The notes under the pieces are model-generated. The model saw nothing but the letters and a program-made list of their open reading frames with translations. It searched no databases and was not told the DNA's origin. From a virus (taxonomy: Duplodnaviria; Caudoviricetes): 61,587 nucleotides of DNA. Each line of letters begins with the position of its first letter. Positions within the stretch are counted from its first letter, which is position 1. A program made the translations under genes and the position numbers. The stretch spans positions 1-61,587 of IMG/VR virus record IMGVR_UViG_3300024517_000020; one strand, written 5' to 3'. Below, in pieces: positions 26,401-35,704 of the stretch.

Positions 26401-29234
26401 TTGGTGTTAGGTGATGATGTGCCACCCAAACTATATGGAAAGGAAATACCATTTGAAATTGAAAAAGAATCAATTGTTCTAATCCAGTTATTCCATCCTA
26501 TTGTGGTATGTGTTGGCGTTACAGTTGCACCGTTAATTGTAAATCCGACTGCACTTGCTGAATCCCATGCTGGTGATACAATGTTGTCAACACTTGCACT
26601 GGTCGTTCCGACTGTAAAGGTTACGTCATTGATGTTGAGGAGTTTGGTGTCAGTTGGAGAACCGTTAAGTCCAACCCATCCCCCCACACTAAATGGTGCT
26701 GTGCCACTTGGTAGGTTTGCATTGGAATAACTCAAGTTTGGAGAAGCGATAGCGTTGCCGATTGTTCCAGTTGTTGAGGTTGCAGGGGTTGTTTGGGTTA
26801 CACTCACACCGTTGGTCGAGGAATCTGGGATTATTGTTACAGTTCCAGTTGTAGAACTGACACCGTTGTAGAAATTCCAGTCGTCTATTGTAAGTTCTGT
26901 ATCACCAGCAGATGCAGTTGTATCCCAGTCAACATTGGCTATCTTGAAATATCTCAAATCACCTGTTGCAGTAATTGTTGATGAAGCAGTACCCTCTAAG
27001 GTTGAATAAGTATAGTCAGAATAAACGTTAAGTGTTGCAGTTGAACCATCACGAATTAACTCATACCAATAATCAGTTCCAGTTGTAGGGTAAAATGAGT
27101 TAGATACAACATCAACACCACCATAAAATGCACTGTTATCTGCCTTTAACTTTATTCCATTAGTACCTTGTTGAGTTACTTGAAATGATATATGATTTTC
27201 AGATGTATTTGATGCAGTTGTTTCATCATTAGTGCCAAATCCAATACCAAACAATGTCGATACACCAGCAGTTGATATATTCATCTTCCATTGTGTTATC
27301 CATTTGTTTGAATCGACAAAGTTTGCACCCATATCTCTAGCCACATAGGCGTGAACCCCAGTAGAGTATGGCTGGTCAACATGAAGTACGTCATTTGTAG
27401 TGTCCACATAGGTGTAAGCAGTATTCTCACTTGACCATACTGCATTACCAGCAGTTACATCTGCATAACCTGAGAAATCGTCAGTGGTTGGCGTTACAAC
27501 AACACCACTAAACCCATGCAACAACAATTCATTATCAGTAAATGTAATCTGTGAATCTGAACCTGAATTATCAGGCAATTCAGTTAAAGCAAACTCGTTT
27601 AGGGTACGGAAAACCTTGTAGTTAAGAATTGGTGAGCCACCATTTCCACTTGTTGGTACATCATCCCAATCAAGTTCAATCGGGATTCCAGTTACAGTTG
27701 ATAGATTGGTTGGTGCATCAGGTGCTATTGGGATTGTGTATTCAATTTGTAATTCTATATTTGTAAATCTCAAATGTGAAATATTTGCAGTATTTAGATA
27801 ATTAATAAATGAAAATCCTAATCCAAACTCATCATCACCAGCTACCGTTGATGCAATATCTGCATCAGCACTTGTACCTAAATCCTGAACTGTATTGGTT
27901 TGAGTACCATTACATTCTGAAAATGATGAAACATAACTTGTACCATCTTCGGGATCTGTGTATGCTTCGGTATTAGTATAACCTGAAATTGGGGATTCTT
28001 CTATGGAATAAATTTGACAGTTTCGTGGGGTTGTTGATGTTGTAACATCATATTCAATAAATGAATCTGTGACAGTAATAGAATCAGGTAAACTTGATAG
28101 ATCCCAATATTCGGTAAATCTCGAACATTCCCCACCGTTATTTGTAAGTGCGGGAACATAGATAGTTCGTGCAGTTGGTGAACCTTTTGTGTTTGCACCA
28201 CCCGCACAAGTATTATCACTTCCGTTCCATGAGGTATTTAATTTTGAACCTGAAATTGTTGAACCTGTGGTTAATGCGAAAGTAGGATCAATTTCCAGAT
28301 AGCCTACAAACGGTTCACCGTCTAATCCGTTTGCGTAATCAAGATTAACTTTGTAATCCCCATCAAATATTATGTTGACATTTTCTAATGATTTAATTCC
28401 AGTTGAAAACTCGTATGATACACTATCAGTAAGTTGTAAAATCTCTGCTTCATTGTCTATGATAAATTGCCTGTCAAAACTTTGTCCGTTTAGTTCTGCT
28501 ATGTTAATTGTTTGGTCGCCTATGGTTATTGATTCACCTGTATGAACCGTTTGTGAAATCCCTAATTGTTCCGTTCCATCATGTGTCACCTTGAAGGTTT
28601 CCTTGAATCCTGAATTAATGTCCAGTCTTAATTCTTGTGTAAATTGTTCCACGACCTGACCAGTTGTGGTAATTGTTTCACCGTTGAAATAACCTGTACC
28701 CCCTGTACTGTTTGTAATTAATGTGAATCCAGAAAAGGTCGAGTTACCATAAAATAATTCTGCACTTATTGGAATAAAAACATCTTCTGTAATATCCTCA
28801 GTAATTACTTTGGTACTTGTAAGGTACACCCCATCTTCATATGGAACAGTTGATACGGTACATGCCTCATCATTGATAGGAAGGTTTTGCCATTGACCAT
28901 TGTTAAGATACGTTGCAACTGCTGAAACACTTGGAATGATTTGCTCACCGTCAAAACCGTTTTCATAAATGGAGTAAGAACAAGAGTCCTTGTCATAAAT
29001 TAAAGAACCAACTGCATTACTATGAAACATTACCTTTTGGTCATTAACTGTAAGGACATAGTTCTGCCATGAACCATCCATTATCCTTTCAGGATGGGAT
29101 TGCCATTCTGCAACACCTATTGTAAAGTCCTCTGTTAAGTCATAATTTTGTCCTACTGTTGTTTCTATTTCTGCAAATGCAGATGGTATAGCGATAACTA
29201 ACAGCAGTGATAGAACTGGTATAACCTTGTACAT
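23442..29234 (-). CDS. Giant adhesin/receptor-binding glycoprotein, copy 2 (complete, 1930 aa; FN3 repeats, LamG/lectin-like domains, C-terminal TM anchor)
   Basis: Signal peptide, PDAP...W...Y...Y.V.A.N..G FN3 signatures, LamG motifs (FSVGGWV...HYSFTRD...IYQNG...LDEY), hydrophobic C-terminus. Confidence 0.92.
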   Translation of the reverse strand: MYKVIPVLSLLLVIAIPSAFAEIETTVGQNYDLTEDFTIGVAEWQSHPERIMDGSWQNYVLTVNDQKVMFHSNAVGSLIYDKDSCSYSIYENGFDGEQIIPSVSAVATYLNNGQWQNLPINDEACTVSTVPYEDGVYLTSTKVITEDITEDVFIPISAELFYGNSTFSGFTLITNSTGGTGYFNGETITTTGQVVEQFTQELRLDINSGFKETFKVTHDGTEQLGISQTVHTGESITIGDQTINIAELNGQSFDRQFIIDNEAEILQLTDSVSYEFSTGIKSLENVNIIFDGDYKVNLDYANGLDGEPFVGYLEIDPTFALTTGSTISGSKLNTSWNGSDNTCAGGANTKGSPTARTIYVPALTNNGGECSRFTEYWDLSSLPDSITVTDSFIEYDVTTSTTPRNCQIYSIEESPISGYTNTEAYTDPEDGTSYVSSFSECNGTQTNTVQDLGTSADADIASTVAGDDEFGLGFSFINYLNTANISHLRFTNIELQIEYTIPIAPDAPTNLSTVTGIPIELDWDDVPTSGNGGSPILNYKVFRTLNEFALTELPDNSGSDSQITFTDNELLLHGFSGVVVTPTTDDFSGYADVTAGNAVWSSENTAYTYVDTTNDVLHVDQPYSTGVHAYVARDMGANFVDSNKWITQWKMNISTAGVSTLFGIGFGTNDETTASNTSENHISFQVTQQGTNGIKLKADNSAFYGGVDVVSNSFYPTTGTDYWYELIRDGSTATLNVYSDYTYSTLEGTASSTITATGDLRYFKIANVDWDTTASAGDTELTIDDWNFYNGVSSTTGTVTIIPDSSTNGVSVTQTTPATSTTGTIGNAIASPNLSYSNANLPSGTAPFSVGGWVGLNGSPTDTKLLNINDVTFTVGTTSASVDNIVSPAWDSASAVGFTINGATVTPTHTTIGWNNWIRTIDSFSISNGISFPYSLGGTSSPNTNQMVGIDKATSIPSGASHSGMDFAMYTDGSGIIIVEGGAGVNNWATHGSWSITDTFSIDVSSSGVVNYMKNGVSLYTSTNTASGSYYFVATNYRFGDITNDYQTGGVMVSATGLTDNTVTPQHYSFTRDSSNLWTIYQNGISKTTATDATSLGSSSETVYWESSSNTLCTISGSSATHTGTSSSPSECRSMGTVGTGDSVIFTQSLDDSAKTGLSAVGSSYGSGAQNDIGFGIYFNSANNGAYMMIGGSVDYLYSGGYSNSDNWKMTVNSSGNIEVYQNNVLRHTFTTSNTNTEYYLHTVSAPANGYQPVITSDLNEIVPVDYTTTLDGTLDEYFINSNALTGTEIDTIYERGVAPSLIASPTLSEHDDGTVVGGNVYYYSVKSTNAIGDSAFLTPFVSGLAGTPPNPPTGLTSTIQDTNNSPLDVFLQYSSPTNVGSGTLTGFEIYRDNTLIDTVGLVNSYTDTVSIGSHTHYVKAISTHGTSGNSNTANITTPNVPDAPATISTTISNPNSNPLDIAIGFTASPDDQGSAITGYNIYKSSDDVTYTLLTTLGNSVFSYVDTVSAAGQYYYKVSSLNNVGEGLQSSYSTITTPNVPDAPVLTSGAVNSSQIDSTWTIPNDNNSNLISYEISVDGVTTNVGLVNADSQTGLTGNTAYDIKVRAINNVGASVWSNVITVTTNTPPTGTNTITLNNSWGDVVIIDNTITVAGNPTPTLDKIEFVLDGAIVSTINNPSLTGTYAITLPDAIQHGLLIAATASNGDTTTYNSNSLLVTGATVSRVGAAEGGGTIAYTIARTPHPTDSAADEIELKWAKDTFPFNGSCTFMTPSTAGQIRDLNNLPSGLAYTTQNNVNIYDATVNVAKGNNIYVYCWSDNDLQFAAQSEALGSNALLSGLSGLDAALGTTTVDPVTGAETSYSILGAPMIVIFVLLIAGQATGRTAPTFIIILLAAVGILMGLGFFIIDEGIFGLMLIMGALGVMIGKKFL
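25357..27630. repeat. 2,274-bp direct repeat, copy 1
   Basis: Appears identical to 59314-61587. ORF-track entries recur at offset 33,957. Confidence 0.95.
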
Positions 29235-29503
29235 CAGTCTCGCCCTCTAGCACTTGCTACCATTAATACCTTGATAACTAGAATGAATATTCCTATACTT
29301 GGAATGAGTGGAATCAAATACTGTGTTGTTTCTTTGGTCTGATTGTACATGTCAATCCATTCCTGTGTCATTGAACCATTAGTCAGGTTGCCTTCCATAA
29401 CTGTGAACACCGAACCAAGTATCATTGGTGCGATGGTAAACATGACACCGTAAGAAATAATGAATAGTATAACAGAAAATCCTAGAAAGATTAGACTACT
29501 CAT
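29234..29503 (-). CDS. Small two-TM membrane protein (possible minor virion protein)
   Basis: Coupled to the adhesin start. Homolog of 2563-2811. Confidence 0.8.
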   Translation of the reverse strand: MSSLIFLGFSVILFIISYGVMFTIAPMILGSVFTVMEGNLTNGSMTQEWIDMYNQTKETTQYLIPLIPSIGIFILVIKVLMVASARGRD

Positions 29504-29572
29504 GCTATCTAAAAATGCGGCACGTTGTTATTAAAGTTATTTAAAAAAGTAAAGAGTATAAATTTTTTAGAT

Positions 29573-29839
29573 TTATAACATCTTGACTACTGTCAAAATT
29601 ACAACTGCTGCAATCACAATTAATACGATGATTAATAGTGCATAAGCATTTTGTGTTTGCTCATTGTTTGCTTCACATTGGGCTGCCCAACCTGTTTGGA
29701 CTGCATTTGCGGTTGTGTCGTAATCTGATAGATTAGTACAATCTTGGACAGAGTTGCCTAAGATTTGTGTACCGATTCCGAGTAAAATGGCGATGCCTAT
29801 AAATGCACCAACTAAAGCCATTATGTTATTTTCGACCAT
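29573..29839 (-). CDS. Putative major capsid protein, spindle-virus type
   Basis: 88 aa, two hydrophobic helices (ALVGAFIGIAILLGIG...; LLIIVLIVIAAVVILTVV) and a Cys pair in the loop. Confidence 0.7.
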   Translation of the reverse strand: MVENNIMALVGAFIGIAILLGIGTQILGNSVQDCTNLSDYDTTANAVQTGWAAQCEANNEQTQNAYALLIIVLIVIAAVVILTVVKML

Positions 29840-29885
29840 ATTGAAATCTTTTCAATGGTTATACTATATAACAATACAGTAAACT

Positions 29886-30527
29886 CTAGTCGTAAACTTT
29901 CTTTAACAACTGTGTTATCCAGTTATGACATTTCTTACATAGGGTTACACCGTTGTCAGGTGCGAGTGCGAGTTCAGGGAATTGTGCTCTAGGTAATATG
30001 TGATGGGCTTCAAGTTGTTTGGTTATACCACAGTTGATACATCTTGGAAAAAGATACTTGATAAAGTCACCCCATGATTTTAACTGTATTTTATTATAGA
30101 ACTTTGAATGTTTTTTATCATATCTTTGTTCAATTCTTAAACGCTTTATTGGATTTGCTTTAGCCCATTCAGAACGATATGTTGGGTTATCTAAATGCCA
30201 TTGTTTAGAATAAACATTACGGGTATCTTTATTTTTATTATGATAGTTACTATATTCACCGTTGACAGCTCTTTGTTTACCACGAAGTCTTTCTGATTCT
30301 ATTTGTTCAGGTGTGAGGTTTTGATACCTTTCTCTCATTTTTATCAACAAAGTATCTCTATTTTTTTTATGGTATTTTAAATTATAATTATTTTTTCGTG
30401 TTTTATTTTTAGGTCTTTGATTTATTTTATTCCTTTTCACCTTTGCTTCATCAGTATTCTCATAATGATTTTTACATAACCCTTTGGCATAATGTTTTTT
30501 ATCACATTTAGTACAACTACGCCCCAT
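29886..30527 (-). CDS. HNH endonuclease with N-terminal Zn finger
   Basis: CTKC...KGLCKNHY and CINCG...LEAHH...FPELAL..NGVTLCKKCH. Inserted within the structural cluster. Confidence 0.88.
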   Translation of the reverse strand: MGRSCTKCDKKHYAKGLCKNHYENTDEAKVKRNKINQRPKNKTRKNNYNLKYHKKNRDTLLIKMRERYQNLTPEQIESERLRGKQRAVNGEYSNYHNKNKDTRNVYSKQWHLDNPTYRSEWAKANPIKRLRIEQRYDKKHSKFYNKIQLKSWGDFIKYLFPRCINCGITKQLEAHHILPRAQFPELALAPDNGVTLCKKCHNWITQLLKKVYD

Positions 30528-30557
30528 GTGTTTTATTGGTGCATACTATTATTTAAA

Positions 30558-30977
30558 TCAGTTTCTTGTACGCCAAATAACCATAGTTGCAATCAGTCCA
30601 GTAAATGCTACGGCAACCAATGTAACTGCATACACCAAGAAAGTATCTGGGAAGAAAGTATAACTTATTGGAAGGAATAACAACCCAATGAGAATTGGAT
30701 ATAATACATTATGATATTTGATATAAGACATGATGATAAATATTGTAACAAGTATCATTGAGAAATAACCACCAGTGATATATTCAAAAGGCATTAAAGC
30801 AAAGTCTAGATAATCTTCATTCGCACCACAGTTATCCCACATCTGTGCACCAGCCGTCATGTTCATAAAGCATGGTTCTAGACTTTCATCACCAATAATT
30901 GTTACAGTGTTTTGTGCGTATGCTTCATTAGATACAAAAGATACTGCAAGAACTGCTAGGATGATATACCAATACAC
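30558..30977 (-). CDS. Multi-TM membrane protein
   Basis: Homolog of 21938-22342. Confidence 0.78.
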   Translation of the reverse strand: MYWYIILAVLAVSFVSNEAYAQNTVTIIGDESLEPCFMNMTAGAQMWDNCGANEDYLDFALMPFEYITGGYFSMILVTIFIIMSYIKYHNVLYPILIGLLFLPISYTFFPDTFLVYAVTLVAVAFTGLIATMVIWRTRN

Positions 30978-31001
30978 AATGTTTCAACCAACATTCTAGT
31001 A

Positions 31002-32036
31002 TTAAGGTGATTCGATTAACACTGGTTCAACCTCTATGATTACTGGCTCTATTATTTCTTCAGGTTGTACGGGTACTTCAGGTTCTTCAATCACCACTGG
31101 TGGTTCAGCATCAGGCATTATAATTACAGGGTGTGCCTCACGGTGTTCATCAACAACTCCCTGTGCGACTGAGGATAATTTGGTATAATCCACTTCACCT
31201 GAATCCACTGCTATTCTAAGACTTTCGCCATCAGGGTACTGTTTCATTATAACATCATCACTAATCTGACCCAGTGATGGCATTGACATGCCACCCATCA
31301 TAGAGTCCAAGTGACCGCCATCATAAATAACAAATCCAATCACACCAACCAGTCCAATTCCCATGAAGATAGCCAAGAACTTAATCCAAGCCTGTTTGGT
31401 TTGAAGTGGGGTGTTTGTAACCTTCTTGTGTTCCATGTCGGTTCGTTGATAACTTGCAACAACCGTACCCATAAATTTCGGGTCTGTTGCTATCAAGTCC
31501 TCTTGTATAAACTCAGAAACCTTTCTTAACGGTGTGACAATTTCCTTAACGTCCAAATGGTCTAGATAGTTAATCATGTTTAGTGCCTCTTTTGAGTATC
31601 TTGCACTCAATTCATTTTGTGCTTCAACCTTCTCGTACCCCTGTATCTTGTCAATGAGTTCAACCAGCTTGTGTGAAACAAAATCATCACGTTCCTTTGA
31701 ACCAAGTATCTTGATTATGTTTGCCAGCATGCCATCGACCTTTGGCAGTTTGTTTAGTTCCAGTATAATTTCAAGTTCTTTAGTTTCTGGACTTAATGGA
31801 AGATGATGTGATATGTCATATTGTAAAACCCTAAAGGTCTTTACCATTCCTTCTCTGTATTGTAAGATTCTTCTACCGTCAATCTTGAACGCATATACAT
31901 CACCATCAATATCGGTAATAAAATAATCCCCAATCGTGTGCTTGATAGGAATGAAGTGAACCCTATGAGAAGCATCAGATATAATCGCTGTAATCCATTT
32001 CGAAGAAAGTAAGTCCCTACCATGTAATACGCCCAT
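31002..32036 (-). CDS. Membrane-anchored protein with Pro/Glu-rich tail
   Basis: Architectural homolog of 22357-23406. Confidence 0.8.
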   Translation of the reverse strand: MGVLHGRDLLSSKWITAIISDASHRVHFIPIKHTIGDYFITDIDGDVYAFKIDGRRILQYREGMVKTFRVLQYDISHHLPLSPETKELEIILELNKLPKVDGMLANIIKILGSKERDDFVSHKLVELIDKIQGYEKVEAQNELSARYSKEALNMINYLDHLDVKEIVTPLRKVSEFIQEDLIATDPKFMGTVVASYQRTDMEHKKVTNTPLQTKQAWIKFLAIFMGIGLVGVIGFVIYDGGHLDSMMGGMSMPSLGQISDDVIMKQYPDGESLRIAVDSGEVDYTKLSSVAQGVVDEHREAHPVIIMPDAEPPVVIEEPEVPVQPEEIIEPVIIEVEPVLIESP

Positions 32037-32337
32037 TTGATAATCATATTATAGTTATCTATTTAATATTATCGCCCTATCCCGTAAAGGATAGGGGGAA
32101 CAGTGAGGGCGACACCATTCATACTCTGATTAAATTAAAGACTTTTTATTCTTTTTCTCTGCCTTTCTAAACGCTGAAAAACTTCCTGTTACACCAAGCT
32201 GTCTGTATTTTTTAGATATTTCTTTGTCGGCTTCTCTATATTTTTTGGAGTATTCCCTGTGATATTTCTTTGATTTTCCCACACATAATTGAAAAGCATT
32301 ATGTTTTTAAGGTTATAGTAATTGTACATAATAGGGC

Positions 32338-32811
32338 ATGATACCACAAAGCGAACCTGAACATAAAGACCTAGTTGATGTACTGGTTCAATCCGTTCAA
32401 AGAATAGAACAAGTTCCTCAAGAGGATGGAACCTTTGAAAAGTCATTGGTCATTGACCCAAAGTCATTATACTACAAGACGTTAATTGTAGCCTCACCAA
32501 ACCTCGCAAGGTTTGTTCTGGAACTGGAAAACTTTCAGAATCTTTCAACCCAATGTTTCAACTTTATGGCATACAATAAAGCTGCCGCACTATCACAACA
32601 AATCAAAGAATTAGTTATTGCTTATCAATATTCAATCGATTCCAAATCATCTGAATCAATCAGAGAGAATGGAAGTGCACAAAGCACATTGATAGATAAG
32701 ATAGCTAGAAATAAGATTGAACGTTCCTACCAAGTCAAGGGGGAAAAGCGTAGGTCATTCCTTGATGCCATGATGGGTAAGGACAAAGAAGATGATATGG
32801 ATTCTGACTAA
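32338..32811 (+). CDS. Conserved hypothetical protein
   Basis: Homolog of 21545-21892, in inverted orientation. Confidence 0.75.
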   Translation: MIPQSEPEHKDLVDVLVQSVQRIEQVPQEDGTFEKSLVIDPKSLYYKTLIVASPNLARFVLELENFQNLSTQCFNFMAYNKAAALSQQIKELVIAYQYSIDSKSSESIRENGSAQSTLIDKIARNKIERSYQVKGEKRRSFLDAMMGKDKEDDMDSD

Positions 32812-32898
32812 TGAATTATAATAAACAGTCCGAAGGTAATTGGTGCAAGGTATGCAAAGAAGCAACACACGACTTGGCTGAACACATGGAAAAACATT

Positions 32899-33036
32899 AT
32901 GAAACACCTTAAGGACACAAACATGAGTTATCCTCAGCATTTTAAACGAGCCATGTCAATGTCATTAGCATTGTTTGTACATGCGTTTTATCCTAACGCT
33001 TTTCCGACATACGCCTCTGACAAGATGCGTGAATGA
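32899..33036 (+). CDS. Small DUF6356-like protein, 45 aa
   Basis: MKHLKDTNMSYPQHFKRAM...LFVHAFYPNAFPTYAS. Motif recalled, not searched. Confidence 0.55.
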   Translation: MKHLKDTNMSYPQHFKRAMSMSLALFVHAFYPNAFPTYASDKMRE

Positions 33037-33215
33037 CCACTTGTTTCTGTGTAGGCTTTAATGCTTTACCACAACAAGAACAGTATGAATGAAATGATAT
33101 GATGGGTGGTTTGGTAAACTTCAATCCATTTCGCCTCTATGTACAATTAGAACATGTTCCAACACTATACCCTCATTGGTATTACTAAAATCACATTTAA
33201 TACAATGATACCGAC

Positions 33216-33398
33216 TCAATCCCAGTCCTTTTCAAAATGTCGTTTTAAATCTTTAATGTTGGGCTTTTTGTCGTAATAATGTGGCATCCTCTTTCGGTAG
33301 TACCTTCTATGGAAACATGACTGACACACCTGTGTGCCTTTGTCGTCCACCAAGTATCTTGCAACTTCCATACAATCATAACATATCTTGTGATTCAT
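33216..33398 (-). CDS. Small Zn-finger protein
   Basis: Homolog of 6592-6759. Confidence 0.75.
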   Translation of the reverse strand: MNHKICYDCMEVARYLVDDKGTQVCQSCFHRRYYRKRMPHYYDKKPNIKDLKRHFEKDWD

Positions 33399-33499
33399 GT
33401 CAGTGGTTCCCCATTAAATGACACCAGCAGATACAATCATCTTTTGAACAAAATGAGTGTAACACACTTTTACATCGAGTTGATATGAACCCGTCTATG

Positions 33500-34573
33500 T
33501 TACTCATCGCCAACAACCCCTGACAGTTTCTTTCTCAAACGTGTAATCTTTGGAACCAAGTCGTAATGTGCAGCTATTGATTCCAGTGTAATCAGTTTCT
33601 TTTCCCTGCACTTGTTGAGATATTTCAAACATGTTATGACATTAGGATTATACACCGTCATGCCCTCAACATACATGTTAAGTTTGACAGCAGCTAACCA
33701 TGTTCCCTTACCAAACTTTTCCTCAGTTTCCTGACAAAATTTGTCAATGGGTACGTCTGACTCCAGTTCACCTGAAGTCGTGGCTTCAGAGCATTTTGAA
33801 CAAATAGGGTCTTGCCAGTGTCGAGTGGGCGACACAATGAAACGTAACGAGTTTTCGTTCCAAAACATCACTGGAATGAATGGTTTTCTGTAATCATACT
33901 TGAACGGTTTACCGTCCTTTGAAATCTTCATTAGCCAATATTTCTTGGTGATAGCCATGTGCCTATACTTTTTAAAATCCAGAATCTTTTGCTGGTATTT
34001 CTTACCAAACATGTTAATCAAATTCTCATTCTCTGATGAATCGACTGTCGTGATGTACTTAAAGTCAGCCGACCTAAGATATTTATCCAGACCCATCGAA
34101 TAATGGTAATTCATCATTACAATAATTTTAACGTCCCGTCCTTCGTCCAAGTGTCTAATTGTGGTAACTGCTGATTTTACCATCTCTATTTGTTTCTTGT
34201 TTGCATTAGCACCCATGAAAGACACATCATCAAAAATCATAATATAATTTACTGGTTCTAATCCAAGCAAAGTATTCTCAAAATCCAATAAATCTTCTTT
34301 GTACAAAACTTTAATCTTATATTCCAAATCTGCGTGTTTATGTATGGCATGTGCTATGCTTTGACTCAACGTACTTTTACCTGAGTGCATAGAACCAATT
34401 AACCCAATTCTACATACATCAATCTCTGCTGAAAAATTAATGATTTCTCTTATGGTTGCAAGAAATGAATGATTTCTAACCAGTGGAATACCCTTCCATT
34501 TTGTAGTTAGTGGTATGGTTTCTCGTCCAGTACCTTTAATCACTAATTTTTTTGTGGTGGTGGTTATTGGCAT
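33500..34573 (-). CDS. P-loop ATPase (putative packaging/morphogenesis ATPase)
   Basis: GSMHSGKST and MIFDDVS. TTIRH and LRxADF shared with 4068-5129. Confidence 0.88.
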   Translation of the reverse strand: MPITTTTKKLVIKGTGRETIPLTTKWKGIPLVRNHSFLATIREIINFSAEIDVCRIGLIGSMHSGKSTLSQSIAHAIHKHADLEYKIKVLYKEDLLDFENTLLGLEPVNYIMIFDDVSFMGANANKKQIEMVKSAVTTIRHLDEGRDVKIIVMMNYHYSMGLDKYLRSADFKYITTVDSSENENLINMFGKKYQQKILDFKKYRHMAITKKYWLMKISKDGKPFKYDYRKPFIPVMFWNENSLRFIVSPTRHWQDPICSKCSEATTSGELESDVPIDKFCQETEEKFGKGTWLAAVKLNMYVEGMTVYNPNVITCLKYLNKCREKKLITLESIAAHYDLVPKITRLRKKLSGVVGDE

Positions 34574-35166
34574 TATTTATCCCCCTCTTTATCATCAAGT
34601 GATGTGTCAATGTCACCCATTTCCTCATCACCCTTGTTCCAGTTATCATCTCTATACTTTGCCATCTTAAATTCCAACTCATTTAGACAAAGCCATCCCC
34701 ATCTTTCTATCTCAATGTTAAATTTCATTCTGTCCATAAGCCCGTTGGTTCGCTGTGGTGGGTCTGGAACAATGCCCAAGAATGTCGGGTTTTGTAATAC
34801 TGTTTGTGATATGGCTGTGCTGTTTAGCATGTTTGTACTATGACATTTTATACAATTCCACACCTTATTAAACATCTTACCATGTATCAAAGTCTCAATA
34901 CTGTTTGGCATTAGTTCAAATACATGTACGTCTGATTTATCTATACCCTCTTTACATTTGCCACAAGTATAAGTTATTTCGGTTTTGGCTAGTTGGTCAT
35001 AATCATTACTGGAAATCACAACCTGATAATCAATGGGTAATAATGAATTAATGGCGTTTAATGCACCGTGCATCATAGTCCAGTTCTTAGTTCGTATGGC
35101 ATTGATTGCTTCACTCCTATATCTAATGAAGGCTGTATTGATATCTGGAAGTCTACTCTGTGGCAC
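34573..35166 (-). CDS. ATPase-coupled protein with Zn-ribbon insert
   Basis: CGKC...CIKC. N-terminus homologous to 5126-5431. Confidence 0.78.
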   Translation of the reverse strand: MPQSRLPDINTAFIRYRSEAINAIRTKNWTMMHGALNAINSLLPIDYQVVISSNDYDQLAKTEITYTCGKCKEGIDKSDVHVFELMPNSIETLIHGKMFNKVWNCIKCHSTNMLNSTAISQTVLQNPTFLGIVPDPPQRTNGLMDRMKFNIEIERWGWLCLNELEFKMAKYRDDNWNKGDEEMGDIDTSLDDKEGDK

Positions 35167-35684
35167 AACATATCACCCTAAGACTTGTTCATTCATGGCA
35201 CGATATAAGATTATGTACAAAATAATCCGTTGCAAGATAAAGACCCGATAAGAAACGGTGAGTCCAAAATGGCTCAGGCGTTATATAACCCCCTATATCA
35301 GTAGGATTTCACAATGGGTTAAATAAAGTTGACAATGACATCAAAAGTGAAATAAAGTTGATAATTTTTTTTTGGTTTTCGAATAATATCTAATCTATAC
35401 CTAATCTGAAAAAACCACTACATACACACAACACACACACGCAAACTTCGCGTACATATACAGAACGATTTTTCTTGTTACTAGATAGGTTGAAAATAAT
35501 ATATTGAGATATTTTTTGATTCATGACTAAAATCTAATCTAAGAATGGTTCTACTCTAAACATAATCTTGACATATCGAATTGATTAAGATGCTTGTTTA
35601 ATGTAGGACTTTAAGAAAAATAACATGGTAAATTGATTAAATCATTACGATGTTTTTAGAAAAATAGGCATAATTTTTTCATTG

Positions 35685-35704
35685 TTCTAAATTCGAATTT
35701 AGAA
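35685..35704. repeat. Perfect 20-bp palindrome TTCTAAATTCGAATTTAGAA
   Basis: Read directly. Flanked by inverted TAGGCA motifs. Confidence 0.9.

Noticed and set aside
23442-29234. Shufflon/invertase-type phase variation
   Set aside because: All adhesin copies are in the same orientation. No silent inverted cassettes or flanking inverted crossover sites were seen.
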